From: Desulfocapsa sulfexigens DSM 10523
GTDB lineage: Bacteria; Desulfobacterota; Desulfobulbia; Desulfobulbales; Desulfocapsaceae
Assembly: GCF_000341395.1 (NCBI RefSeq)
Contig: NC_020304.1
Location: 960,001-992,000 of the forward strand
Direction: 5' to 3'
DNA: 32,000 bases
The notes beneath the pieces are model-generated. The model did not search any database, was not told the origin of the DNA, and worked only from the letters and a program-made list of their open reading frames with translations. The position numbers and the translations under genes were made by a program. Shown in pieces: positions 18,418-27,583 of this stretch (the first letter of the stretch is position 1; each line of letters starts with the position of its first letter).

Positions 18418-18682
18418 AAAAGGGCAAGTCTCCCTTTGACCTATAGAGCCAAGCAAAAGCCAAAAGCAGATTTTCCCCCTTTCGTTACTAAGAAAAAAAA
18501 TTATGATTATTTCGGAAATTCACCTTGTCATACCATTCTTTTGTCATTCACCAGCTTGATCCTACCCCGTTCCTAATTGGACATGATACAAAGCACCTTG
18601 ATATACCATACGTAGTAGCCTTGATATGTTTTTACTTTATCATACACTCACCACATAGGTCAAAAGGAGACTTGACCCTTTT
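18418..18682. repeat. Inverted-repeat element within the cassette region
   Basis: Left arm AAAAGGGCAAGTCTCCCTTTGACCTAT (18418-18444) is inverted as ATAGGTCAAAAGGAGACTTGACCCTTTT (18655-18682) with one substitution and one insertion. Confidence 0.7.
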
Positions 18683-18758
18683 TTTCTCCTTAATTTACCC
18701 GGAAAGGTGGCCTGGAAACCGAGCTGCTTGTTTTCCAGTGCATACAATTGTTATACAA

Positions 18759-19019
18759 TTATAGTTTTTTTTCAGTCTGAAAGCCAGGAGGGGAATCAGA
18801 GGCATTCTCCTCGTCGCACATTTCTGCACAGATGATGCTAACTTTTTTTGCAAAGTTTGTCGGCAGTCGATGTATATTAGGCTCCGCACTAGACATTAAA
18901 TGTGCAATTTCATTAATTGTTGTATTTTGCATGTTTAGATCTTTTGGTGTTGTGTTGAAAAATTTCTTTAGTTTATTCATTTCCGAGGCACCAATTAAAG
19001 ATTGTTGACAGCGTGACAA
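18759..19019 (-). CDS. Small hypothetical ORF
   Basis: 86 aa ORF overlapping the end of 18995-19882. The MNKLKKFFN.. internal start is plausible. No family recognised. Confidence 0.3.
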   Translation of the reverse strand: MSRCQQSLIGASEMNKLKKFFNTTPKDLNMQNTTINEIAHLMSSAEPNIHRLPTNFAKKVSIICAEMCDEENASDSPPGFQTEKKL

Positions 19020-19882
19020 ATTGATTTTGCAATTAAGTCAGCTGTGAATTTTAAAGAATCTACATGGGTGATATTAAAGGTATTCTTTTTTCGAGATGTA
19101 ATATGCAGCAATCCTATCATGCTGATCCCTTGGCCATCGTAGCCATTGAGGGGAGCAACCATCATTGTTTTTACTTCATCAGGGTATTGGTCATCATTTT
19201 TTGTTTTTTTATAGAATTCTTGTTTTGATGCTCTTTCTAAATCATTAAAAATGAGAATCCCTTGCTCTTTTTTCTTTAGGAAAAAACTAGGTATGCCCTC
19301 ATCAGAGCATATCGCCTCTGATGTTTTATAACGGTTTTTGTTAAAACCAGAGGATCTTGCAATAGTATAGTAGGTGATTTTATTTACACCTTCGATGTCT
19401 TTTTCTTTAGCAAGTCTTATGGCAACTTCGATAGAATCGTCCTTCAATAATCTAATGTAGTAATCTTTAAGATGGTCACATATTTTACCCGTGAATTTTC
19501 GTAAGAATTTTATCTCGTGTTTCTCATTTCTTTTTTGGTGAGAATGCCTCCTTTTACATATTTTTGTTTGATAATCTCTTAGGAAATGGGAAAGACTATG
19601 TAAGTAAAACTTAATATCTAATGATCTTATAGTTCTAAGCCTCAAATAAAAGAATGAAGCGCAGAATATTAAGGAAAAAAGAAATACCAAAACCAAAAAT
19701 ACTGATTTCATTTCTATGATTCTGGTACTTTTAAAATGTTCTGGCCACCAGAAAGGAGTCCCCATTGATATAATGGTTATTAGTACAGTTATTAAGAAGC
19801 CACGAAGCCTTGAAAAAAAGCCAAGTGCTCCTATCTGCCATGCATTCCTTCCATCTTCAAAGTGGTCTACACATTCAGACAT
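18995..19882 (-). CDS. Two-TM membrane protein with a GAF-like C-terminal domain (cassette 3 ORF)
   Basis: 295 aa with two hydrophobic segments near the N terminus, then KTMMVAPLNGYDGQGISMIGLLHITSRKKNTFNITHVDSLKFTADLIAKSI, a GAF-domain-like ending. Starts 55 bp after the attC crossover point. Confidence 0.7.
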   Translation of the reverse strand: MSECVDHFEDGRNAWQIGALGFFSRLRGFLITVLITIISMGTPFWWPEHFKSTRIIEMKSVFLVLVFLFSLIFCASFFYLRLRTIRSLDIKFYLHSLSHFLRDYQTKICKRRHSHQKRNEKHEIKFLRKFTGKICDHLKDYYIRLLKDDSIEVAIRLAKEKDIEGVNKITYYTIARSSGFNKNRYKTSEAICSDEGIPSFFLKKKEQGILIFNDLERASKQEFYKKTKNDDQYPDEVKTMMVAPLNGYDGQGISMIGLLHITSRKKNTFNITHVDSLKFTADLIAKSICHAVNNL

Positions 19883-19931
19883 TCATTGTTCTCCTAATTG
19901 TAAAGATCGTACGTATTGGTGGATAGTATAA

Positions 19932-20055
19932 AGCCAACGCAAAGCTAAGACGCGCGCCTAGCCGGGGTTAAATTAAGTTCGAGTTGTAATGAGATGGCCG
20001 AAGCCGTTTAAGCAAAGCGCAAGTTTGCGCGTCGTGCTTGAGCGAATTGTTATAA
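19932..20055 (-). other. attC recombination site (attC2)
   Basis: Minus strand: TTATAACAATTCGCTCAAGCACGACGCGC ... GCGCGCGTCTTAGCTTTGCGTTGGCT. The R'' box TTATAAC matches the first bases of its own cassette (TTATAAC after the attC1 crossover). Confidence 0.82.
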
Positions 20056-20058
20056 CTT

Positions 20059-20826
20059 TTATTTTTTAATTACCCTTATTATCTCTGATAGTAAGAAGTC
20101 TAAATCATTTGAGAAATCGATCTGTGTTACGTTTGGCAGAGACTCAGAACTTCTTATTTGAGAATGCAAATAATAATCGGCTATTTTTCTTGAACTATTC
20201 TCAAGATGCTGCATTGATTCTTTAAACGATTTTGCTCCAGAGTAATTATTTGCTACTTCTGAAAACTTAGAACAGTTTAAGATAGGTGGAATATGATCAA
20301 GTATTGCTCTTGTGACCATGATTATTGAGAGATAACACTCACCAGCAAAGTTTATGTTCATTTCCTCACATAAACGAACCAATTTGCTCAAGTCATATTT
20401 TTTATTGGATAAAGCTTTCAGCTCATTAATGCGGTCAGGGTCGACATAGGCTCTTGAGACAGTTTGGATTTTAATTTCTTTTCTTCCACTTTGTTTTGCT
20501 TCGTTTTGTGCTTTTGCTGGCGCTGACAAATTTGATATTTTAATTTTTAATGGTAGGCTTCCAAGCCAGCGAAGACGACTTTGGACTCTCATCCGAAATA
20601 TTGACCAAGAAGATGGGTCATCATAATAACTACCACCAACTACTAAATTTGAATCTCCTTGAGCAGCCCATTCTGCCGAAAGACCACTGTCGGGGAATTT
20701 GGTTGTCAGCCAATCTGTAACTTCATTTACCCAATAGTTAAACTCGCTATGGGTTTCGACAGGCTCATGCTCATCGAGCAGAATTTGCCCCTTTGCAACA
20801 ATTTTATCTAGTCCTTCAAGTGGCAT
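20059..20826 (-). CDS. Hypothetical protein (cassette 2 ORF, 255 aa)
   Basis: Full-length ORF between two attC sites, starting 26 bp after the attC1 crossover point. AGAG-type SD upstream. No family recognised. Confidence 0.8.
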   Translation of the reverse strand: MPLEGLDKIVAKGQILLDEHEPVETHSEFNYWVNEVTDWLTTKFPDSGLSAEWAAQGDSNLVVGGSYYDDPSSWSIFRMRVQSRLRWLGSLPLKIKISNLSAPAKAQNEAKQSGRKEIKIQTVSRAYVDPDRINELKALSNKKYDLSKLVRLCEEMNINFAGECYLSIIMVTRAILDHIPPILNCSKFSEVANNYSGAKSFKESMQHLENSSRKIADYYLHSQIRSSESLPNVTQIDFSNDLDFLLSEIIRVIKK

Positions 20827-20845
20827 ATTTCTCTTTATTTACAAG

Positions 20846-20976
20846 TTATAACGTTTGAACTCAGCGGAAAAATAAAATACGTGGCCAGGAGCTTTTCATT
20901 AGCAAGTGCCATTTTACGTGACGGAAACTACACAAACCCCGGACCTCATTTTTTCCGCTGAAGTGACTTGTTAGTG
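20846..20976 (-). other. attC recombination site (attC1)
   Basis: Minus strand: CACTAAC-AAGTCACTTCAGCGG ... CCGCTGAGTTCAAACG-TTATAAC. Outer arms pair via CAGCGG/CCGCTG. R'' CACTAAC is the exact reverse complement of GTTAGTG at the cassette 1 start (22412-22418). Confidence 0.87.
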
Positions 20977-20980
20977 TCTG

Positions 20981-22366
20981 TTATCTTGGTATTTTTGATA
21001 GTAAATTTCCAAATGTATCTGCAAATGTTTTTAGGGCATGCTCATCAATTACTTTTGGATCTGTTTCTTTATAATCATATGCTTGTCCAAATATTTTTTC
21101 ACAGAGTTGTTTCTTGAGATTTTTTTGTTCATCCTCATCTAGGGTGCTAATGAATGGATCGAAAGCCTTAATCTGCAAGGCGAACCATCTGTTTCGTTTT
21201 TCATTGTTTCTGTGAACTGTGGATTGTTGTGCAGAATAAGCACTACCCCAAAGAAGAACACCAGATATTGAAAAAGTTGAAAACAGTTTGAACCAAAGAA
21301 GAGCCCCACTTGTTTGAGCTTTCGATGAGGATATAGATTCACTCTTTTTGCTCTGGTCTGTTGTTACTATTTTAGATTTAGCTATATCTTTTGACGGAGG
21401 TCTCGTAACAGCTTCTTCAATCTTGGTGGTGAGTTTTTCCGTTATGTTTTTTTCTTTAAAATTAGTGTGGTAGGAAAATAGTAACCAAAATACAGTGAGA
21501 ATGATAAAGCCTACAGATACGAAACGCCATTTATTAGCCTCAGTTTTTTCTTGGTTTGCATTTTTTAAATAACCTGCACCAACACTGTCACGAGCAGTAA
21601 TTTCGTACAATTCAAGAATTGACTTATGTTTTTCATCACTGTCTGAGAGAATACTTGATATTTTTTGTTCAAATTCAGATTCATTTTCTGATAGCTTTTC
21701 ATTGTACTTGGAGATAACAGTGTCTATCTCAGCCAACTTCTCTTCTGAAAATTTATCGCGCCAATCCGTAAATGATTGACTACGATTTTCTTGGGCAGCT
21801 GAAAATTGCTGTTGCCATTCAGATATGTGACCGTCAATTTCTTGCTTTTTAGTATCTATTTTATCTGACAGTTGCTGCAACTGGGTCTCATTGGTTTTTG
21901 ACGAATCAGATAAATTTTCTAGTATTTTACTTAGCGCATCCTTCTTTGAAATTAACGTTGAGCTTATTGTGTCAATAAGTTGTTCAAGTTCTTTAATCGG
22001 AGGCTCAATAGAATAACTTGTTGTCATTCCCATGAGTAATGATAATTGTGTTAATTGGTTTGCTATTAGATCATTTGCACTTGTCAGATGTGCTACATTT
22101 CCATTGGATTTGTATGAAGTTAATTGTGAGGAAATGTTTTGGTGCCTTAGCTGAGTATTTAGTGAGTCTAGTTGGTTGTACGGGACAATTTCAGGGTCAA
22201 TTTTTCGCAAGGCCTCTTCGTACATAGATACTATTTTTAGTAGCCTTCTTTTTTCAATAATCTCATCTTCATCTAAGTCGTTAAAATTCTCAGAGACATT
22301 ATCTCGAACCCAATTCAATGTTTCATGGATAGGATGGTTCTCAAGTTTTTCTTGCCAACGGTTCAT
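20981..22366 (-). CDS. Long coiled-coil protein with two TM segments (cassette 1 ORF, 461 aa)
   Basis: Gln/Glu/Lys-rich coiled-coil region, TM FVSVGFIILTVFWLLFSYH and TM LLWFKLFSTFSISGVLLWGSAY. Immediately distal to the attI-type junction. Confidence 0.8.
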   Translation of the reverse strand: MNRWQEKLENHPIHETLNWVRDNVSENFNDLDEDEIIEKRRLLKIVSMYEEALRKIDPEIVPYNQLDSLNTQLRHQNISSQLTSYKSNGNVAHLTSANDLIANQLTQLSLLMGMTTSYSIEPPIKELEQLIDTISSTLISKKDALSKILENLSDSSKTNETQLQQLSDKIDTKKQEIDGHISEWQQQFSAAQENRSQSFTDWRDKFSEEKLAEIDTVISKYNEKLSENESEFEQKISSILSDSDEKHKSILELYEITARDSVGAGYLKNANQEKTEANKWRFVSVGFIILTVFWLLFSYHTNFKEKNITEKLTTKIEEAVTRPPSKDIAKSKIVTTDQSKKSESISSSKAQTSGALLWFKLFSTFSISGVLLWGSAYSAQQSTVHRNNEKRNRWFALQIKAFDPFISTLDEDEQKNLKKQLCEKIFGQAYDYKETDPKVIDEHALKTFADTFGNLLSKIPR

Positions 22367-22411
22367 TCTATTCTCTGGGTTTAAGGTTTATGAAGATGAT
22401 AGGTTATTGGA

Positions 22412-22418
22412 CACTAAC
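22412..22418 (-). other. attI/cassette 1 junction (R box GTTAGTG on the minus strand)
   Basis: CACTAAC on + strand in the intI 5' intergenic region. Identical to the R'' box of attC1, as expected when cassette 1 was inserted at attI. Confidence 0.78.
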
Positions 22419-22559
22419 AGTGTTAATACATGGACAATGTCCATCATAGTACCTTATATATAGCCACTTTTTCCACTTATTTTGATATTAATAGCTTTAT
22501 ATGGAAAAAAGTGTCCACTTATTACTTTTTTCTTCATTTTGTCCATGTAATGCGATATT

Positions 22560-23579
22560 ATGATGGGTATCATGGAGAATAAGACAAAATTTACCCCAAA
22601 CCCTAAGTCAAAATTAATGGATCAAGTTCGAGAGACCTTGAGATATTATCATTATGCTCATTCAACTGAAAAAACATATTGTCAGTGGATTTTGAGATAT
22701 GTCTATTTTTACGATAAAAAGCGACATCCAAAAGAAATGGGAGGCCGCGAAGTTGAGAGTTTCTTATCTCACCTGGCAACACATGGAAAAGTGGCTGCTT
22801 CAACCCAGAGACAAGCTCTCAATGCATTAGTTTTTTTATATCGCGATGTTCTTCAAATTCCTCTTGATCAATCTATCGCCCCCATTCGTTCTAAACGCAA
22901 ACCTCATCCCCCAACCGTTCTTACAGAAAACGAAGTTGAGAGGGTGTTCGCACAAATGAAGGGCACCCATCTACTAATGGCCAAATTGATTTACGGAACT
23001 GGTATACGCCTAATGGAGTGTATTCGTTTGCGTATACAGGATATTGATTTTGGCCAGAGGCAACTGTTTATCCGCTCCGCAAAAGGTGGAAAAGATAGAA
23101 CGACATTTTTGCCTCGTTTTGTTCACGACGAACTTCATGAGCATGTCGAACGTGTAAAAAAACTGCATCGCCAAGATCTTGAGCAAGGCTTTGGCGAAGT
23201 GTATCTACCAAATGCACTAGCCAGAAAATATCGAAAAGCAGCTTGGGAAACATCGTGGCAATACGTATTCCCAAGTAAATCACGATCTATAGATCCAAGG
23301 AGCAAAAAAGAACGTAGACATCACGTACTTGAGTCAGGCCTGCAAAAAGCTGTTAAATCGGCTGTGAGAAAGTCAGGGATCGACAAGCGGGCAACCGTCC
23401 ATACTCTTCGCCATTCCTTCGCTACACATATGCTTGAAAATGGAACCAATATCCGTGTGCTTCAAGATCTTCTTGGACATGCTGATGTGAAAACAACAGA
23501 AATATATACCCATGTTATGCGAAAGGATATTGATGGGTTGCAAAATCCGCTGGATCGTCTGTACAGCAAATCCAATTAG
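22560..23579 (+). CDS. intI: Integron integrase IntI (tyrosine recombinase)
   Basis: 339 aa. Tyrosine recombinase motifs ([61 protein letters not shown]). Contains the integron-specific extra region [38 protein letters not shown], highly similar to IntI1. Confidence 0.97.
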   Translation: MMGIMENKTKFTPNPKSKLMDQVRETLRYYHYAHSTEKTYCQWILRYVYFYDKKRHPKEMGGREVESFLSHLATHGKVAASTQRQALNALVFLYRDVLQIPLDQSIAPIRSKRKPHPPTVLTENEVERVFAQMKGTHLLMAKLIYGTGIRLMECIRLRIQDIDFGQRQLFIRSAKGGKDRTTFLPRFVHDELHEHVERVKKLHRQDLEQGFGEVYLPNALARKYRKAAWETSWQYVFPSKSRSIDPRSKKERRHHVLESGLQKAVKSAVRKSGIDKRATVHTLRHSFATHMLENGTNIRVLQDLLGHADVKTTEIYTHVMRKDIDGLQNPLDRLYSKSN

Positions 23580-23794
23580 AAGGAAAATCCTTCAAATAAA
23601 CTGCCGTCCATTAAAACAGAAGAGTTATATTTGTTCAATGAATAGTTGTGCTATTTCACTGATAATTCTAATACTATTTTGCAGAGACGTGCGGTAAAAA
23701 GGGTAACTATCGTGTAATATAGGCAGGTTTAGATGTTTCCTGAATATACGTAATAAAACCTAATTTTGCGAAGTGTCGACAACTACAATTAACA

Positions 23795-23811
23795 ACCTGA
23801 TTACCACTGAG
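23795..23811 (+). repeat. Solitary end of the 180-bp repeat family (copy C fragment)
   Basis: ACCTGATTACCACTGAG is identical to the left end of copy B. The remainder of the element is absent. Confidence 0.55.
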
Positions 23812-23930
23812 TACTTTTGTAACATCCACCTATTTGGGTGATTGTGAAAGAATTGCATCAATATTTATTCGCCCAATTCTATCCTTGAGCTCTTAGCCCG
23901 GGTGAGAAATTCAGGTTAGCCGACCACAAG

Positions 23931-24581
23931 TCAGACAGTAAGGAGGAATGACTCAATACTCTCTGCAACTTCCTGCTCCCTGCCAAGAAAAAAATGGTCA
24001 CTTCCCAAGATTTCATGGATGGTAGCATGTAACGTCACATTGTTTTTTTGTTGAATTAGAAGATTATCGTTTTCAGCAAAAAGCAGCAGAGTTTTGCAGC
24101 CTACACTCCTTAATGGTTCAAAATCGTGTTCACCCAGAGGCGGGGTAATTGCACTAAAGCTGAGAGCAGTCCCGAGTGCGGAGAGCCCAATAAAACTGCC
24201 GAAGGAGTACCCGACCAGATGGAAATTTGAAAAATACCTGGAACTCCACCGTATCACCTCTTCCGTATCACAAATGATTTCAGAAAAGTCATTTTGCTTA
24301 TCCAGCCTGTCCCAGTATTCAAACAGGGGCAGATCTGGTTCTGCCTTGAAACTTTTTCCCACCCCACGATAATTAAAGGAAAGCACCGGAAAATGATATG
24401 CCAGCGTTTCAGCCAGGGCAGAGACAACATTGTTGTCCATATTTCCTGCAAGGAGTGGATGGGGAGAACAGAGAATTACCCCCGGTTGACCGCTGTTTTC
24501 TTCCCTGTAAGTGAGCCTCCCTTCCAGACTCCCGAGCATACAGGGTATGCTTACATCCTGACTGAAATGGGAGCTCATCAA
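23931..24581 (-). CDS. Alpha/beta hydrolase
   Basis: 216 aa. NYRGVGKS, nucleophile elbow GYSFGS and a C-terminal catalytic His in GSDHFF. Confidence 0.85.
   Translation of the reverse strand: MMSSHFSQDVSIPCMLGSLEGRLTYREENSGQPGVILCSPHPLLAGNMDNNVVSALAETLAYHFPVLSFNYRGVGKSFKAEPDLPLFEYWDRLDKQNDFSEIICDTEEVIRWSSRYFSNFHLVGYSFGSFIGLSALGTALSFSAITPPLGEHDFEPLRSVGCKTLLLFAENDNLLIQQKNNVTLHATIHEILGSDHFFLGREQEVAESIESFLLTV
23936..23962 (+). repeat. Right 27-bp near-direct repeat flanking the integron region
   Basis: CAGTAAGGAGGAATGACTCAATACTCT. Lies in the final codons (SIESFLLTV*) of the alpha/beta hydrolase gene. Confidence 0.8.
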
Positions 24582-25609
24582 TACACTCCACCACTCTTCT
24601 TTTGGTGAAAACTAAGACCTTCAATATTGCTGATCCCCTGTTCACCATCCCTCATAACCCGAACAGCAGTGTCCCGTTCAAGCATATTTAGAAGCAGAAA
24701 AGATCTGTCGAAACGGTGAAACATAATCCGGCCACGTTGCCCTTCCGGGACTGTATCTGCTAAACGTGGCGGTTCATGTTTATCTTTTGGCAAAGGGAGA
24801 AGATGCAGATGAAGTGACGGATCGTGAACAAAAAAGACAGAAGGTTCTCCCATAATCTGCTCGGATTCAAAGGTTACCCCAAAGAGACTGTTACCATATC
24901 CGGGAAGAATCACTGCAGCAGGAAAGAGCCTTGCAAGCTGCTGGCTGGTCTCACTATCCTGAGCCATACCTCCTGTGTGGATACCCGTAATCTGTAGCCG
25001 TTGCTTCTCTGTCATCTGCTTAGCAAGGACGAGGAGAAGTGGCGGGGTTGTAAAGAGAACCGTAATCTCCTGCTGATTGATAATATTTAAGGCCTGAGAG
25101 CTGAGGTGATCCATATAGAGCATATGGCCCATTGAATTCGGCTGCTGCTGCTTTACCCAACGGACATCACAGTCAATGGAAAAAGGTTCAAGACTATCAG
25201 TAGCACGGGCAAAGGCTCTTGCTGCCTGTGCAATAACATGGGGCCCTGATGGCCCGACAAAGAGCCACTTTTGATGTGTTGGAAAATGAAAGCGCCTCAC
25301 TGCCTGAAGCCAGGGAGCAACAAATGCGGCATGAAATTCTTCTGGCAAATAGACCCTGCGACACGGATTGCCTGTGGTACCACCAGTTTCAGCAAGAATC
25401 ATCTCTGCCATGCAACCGTGGAGTGAACGTGGAACAAAATCAGTAATCGGTCTGCTCCGCATTGCCTCCACATCCATGGGACCAAGCAGCTGCAGATCAT
25501 TGATTTCCTGGAAATCCCGACGCTGCAGATCTTTCCTCTTAAGAGCATCCAGCCAGTATGGTGTGCCGGTATCGGAATCAAAATGAATATCAAGGATCTG
25601 CTCAAACAT
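24578..25609 (-). CDS. Adenylate-forming (AMP-binding)-like enzyme, compact form
   Basis: Predicted start MFEQILDIHF. P-loop-like AETGGTTGNPCRRVY, plus TTPPLLLVLAKQ and GIHTGGM as in phenylacetate-CoA ligase-like or acyl-activating enzymes. Overlaps the exporter gene end. Confidence 0.6.
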   Translation of the reverse strand: MFEQILDIHFDSDTGTPYWLDALKRKDLQRRDFQEINDLQLLGPMDVEAMRSRPITDFVPRSLHGCMAEMILAETGGTTGNPCRRVYLPEEFHAAFVAPWLQAVRRFHFPTHQKWLFVGPSGPHVIAQAARAFARATDSLEPFSIDCDVRWVKQQQPNSMGHMLYMDHLSSQALNIINQQEITVLFTTPPLLLVLAKQMTEKQRLQITGIHTGGMAQDSETSQQLARLFPAAVILPGYGNSLFGVTFESEQIMGEPSVFFVHDPSLHLHLLPLPKDKHEPPRLADTVPEGQRGRIMFHRFDRSFLLLNMLERDTAVRVMRDGEQGISNIEGLSFHQKKSGGVY

Positions 25610-27578
25610 TATTTTTCTCTCCTTCCATAAGCAGGACAGGCAGGATGGACAGGTCACAGATCAGTGCCATCCACAGGGACAGACTGATCAAAAGACCAAA
25701 ATAACCAAGCGGTATAAAGGGGGAGGCCAAAAAGGCAAGAAAACCGGTACCTGTCACCAGGGTAGTGGTAATTATGGGGGCTCCTACCTCCCTGAAAACC
25801 TGATCCAGTCGCTGGCGGGGCCTCAGATGTTTATCCTGATTCTGGTAACCGTAGAGAAAATGAATGGTATCATCGACAACAACACCAAAAATAATAGAGG
25901 CAACGGTAATAGTAGCCACTGACAGCGGAATGCCAAACCAGCCCATAACGGATATCACGAGAACCACGGGCAGCAGATTTGGAACCATGGCGATCAGTCC
26001 CATCTTTATCGAACGCAGTAACAATCCGATAAGGAGGGAAATGGCAACAAAGGCCACACTGAAACTTTGCAGCATTGAAGAAAAAAGCTCCTTCTGTCCT
26101 CGCGTGTAGAGGGGGACGGATCCTGTAACGTAGGGCGTGGTCGAGTGGCCAAGATTGCTCTGAAAAAACGCTTCCATCTCATCTGCAATGGCAAGTGTTG
26201 CCTCTGAAGAGATCGTCTTTATAAGAATGGTCAAACGTTCAACCTTCTGGTTGCTCGAAAAAAAATCTGGCAGCAGCATGGTGGCACCAAGACTGACAAC
26301 CTGCTCCGATTGATTTGTCATGGTATACACATAATGGGTAATTTCAGGATGTTGAATGGCAAGCTCCTTTAAATGGCCATCAAGCTCACTTCTAAACAGT
26401 GGCTGTCGGAAAAGATCTATCTCAATGGGGGTGAGACCAACTCCAGCATCTTCAATGGCCTGATAGTTGAGACGTACCACGGAGTTATCGGTGAAAAAAT
26501 CCAAGATCAGAGATCCTTTTTGCAGGCGTCCAATACCAAATCCAGCTACAAGTAGAGCCAACAGCAAGGCAAGGAGAATTTTTCTTCTCTTTCGGAAAAG
26601 GAAAAGGCTTGTACCTGCAGGCAGAACCAGCCTTTTGGAAAAGCTACCCGGCTTCAGAAAGACCGGCACAAGAATAAAAGTGACAAGCAACGATATCAAC
26701 GTTCCAACGGCCCCCCAGAGACCAAGTTCACGAACCGGCCCATAGCTTGAAAAGAGGAGTGAGCCAAAGCCCATTGCCGTCGTTACTCCAGACAATGCAC
26801 AGGGAGGTGCAACTCTACAGAACACATTTATAGGTGTATCGCCAGGATTCCACCTTTTTATGCTGAAATGAATCCCATGGGCCATGCCGAGAATAAGGGT
26901 CAGCGGAGGCAGGGCAAGAAGAACCATATTCATTTTGACCCCACACAAGCCAATAAGTCCCACCAGGAGCACAGCCGAAAGTAACCCACAACTCAAGATC
27001 AGCAGAGCCTGCGTTCTGCATAATAGTAACACAGCAATACTCACCACCAGAAGAACGACCGGAAAAAGGACAGTGGTGGCTTTAGCCGACAGGGTATCCA
27101 GCTGTTTGGTAAGGTACCAGACACCGCCCAGATGATAGGTCTCCACCTGATGCGCCTTCATAATCGGTGGTATTTGTTTGAGTATCTCAGCCAATTGTGC
27201 AGGATTGGCCGTACCTACCGGCATAAGAGTAAGAAGACTTCCCCGTGTCCCCTGGACGGTTTCAAGTCCCACACTCCTGCAGGAACTGACATCCGGAAGG
27301 GTTTTGAGTGCTTTCCTTATCTGGACAAGAGTCAGACCTTTCACTTGCCGGGGAATAAAAATAAGCAGGGGATCTGAAATATTGGTTCGTTTTAGAAATT
27401 GCTGGTAGGCCAACCAGTCTGGAGAATCTGCTGACTGCCACACCTCAAGTGAATTATCAACCTGACTTTTCGATGCGCCATAGCCCCCGACAACAGCAAG
27501 AAACACCATCAGGATCACAACCCACAGGCGATGTCGGCGCAGATTTGCAGCAAAGCGGGAAAGTGTTGTATCCAACAT
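25602..27578 (-). CDS. MMPL/RND-family exporter
   Basis: 658 aa with duplicated multi-TM blocks. GMAHGIHFSIKRW and FGVVVDDTIHFLYGYQ repeat-type motifs. Confidence 0.92.
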   Translation of the reverse strand: MLDTTLSRFAANLRRHRLWVVILMVFLAVVGGYGASKSQVDNSLEVWQSADSPDWLAYQQFLKRTNISDPLLIFIPRQVKGLTLVQIRKALKTLPDVSSCRSVGLETVQGTRGSLLTLMPVGTANPAQLAEILKQIPPIMKAHQVETYHLGGVWYLTKQLDTLSAKATTVLFPVVLLVVSIAVLLLCRTQALLILSCGLLSAVLLVGLIGLCGVKMNMVLLALPPLTLILGMAHGIHFSIKRWNPGDTPINVFCRVAPPCALSGVTTAMGFGSLLFSSYGPVRELGLWGAVGTLISLLVTFILVPVFLKPGSFSKRLVLPAGTSLFLFRKRRKILLALLLALLVAGFGIGRLQKGSLILDFFTDNSVVRLNYQAIEDAGVGLTPIEIDLFRQPLFRSELDGHLKELAIQHPEITHYVYTMTNQSEQVVSLGATMLLPDFFSSNQKVERLTILIKTISSEATLAIADEMEAFFQSNLGHSTTPYVTGSVPLYTRGQKELFSSMLQSFSVAFVAISLLIGLLLRSIKMGLIAMVPNLLPVVLVISVMGWFGIPLSVATITVASIIFGVVVDDTIHFLYGYQNQDKHLRPRQRLDQVFREVGAPIITTTLVTGTGFLAFLASPFIPLGYFGLLISLSLWMALICDLSILPVLLMEGEKNNV

Positions 27579-27583
27579 AGGGA

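Noticed and set aside
22560-23579. Phage or ICE-type tyrosine integrase
   Set aside because: The IntI-specific internal region ([38 protein letters not shown]) and adjacent attC sites identify it as an integron integrase. No phage structural or conjugation genes are seen.
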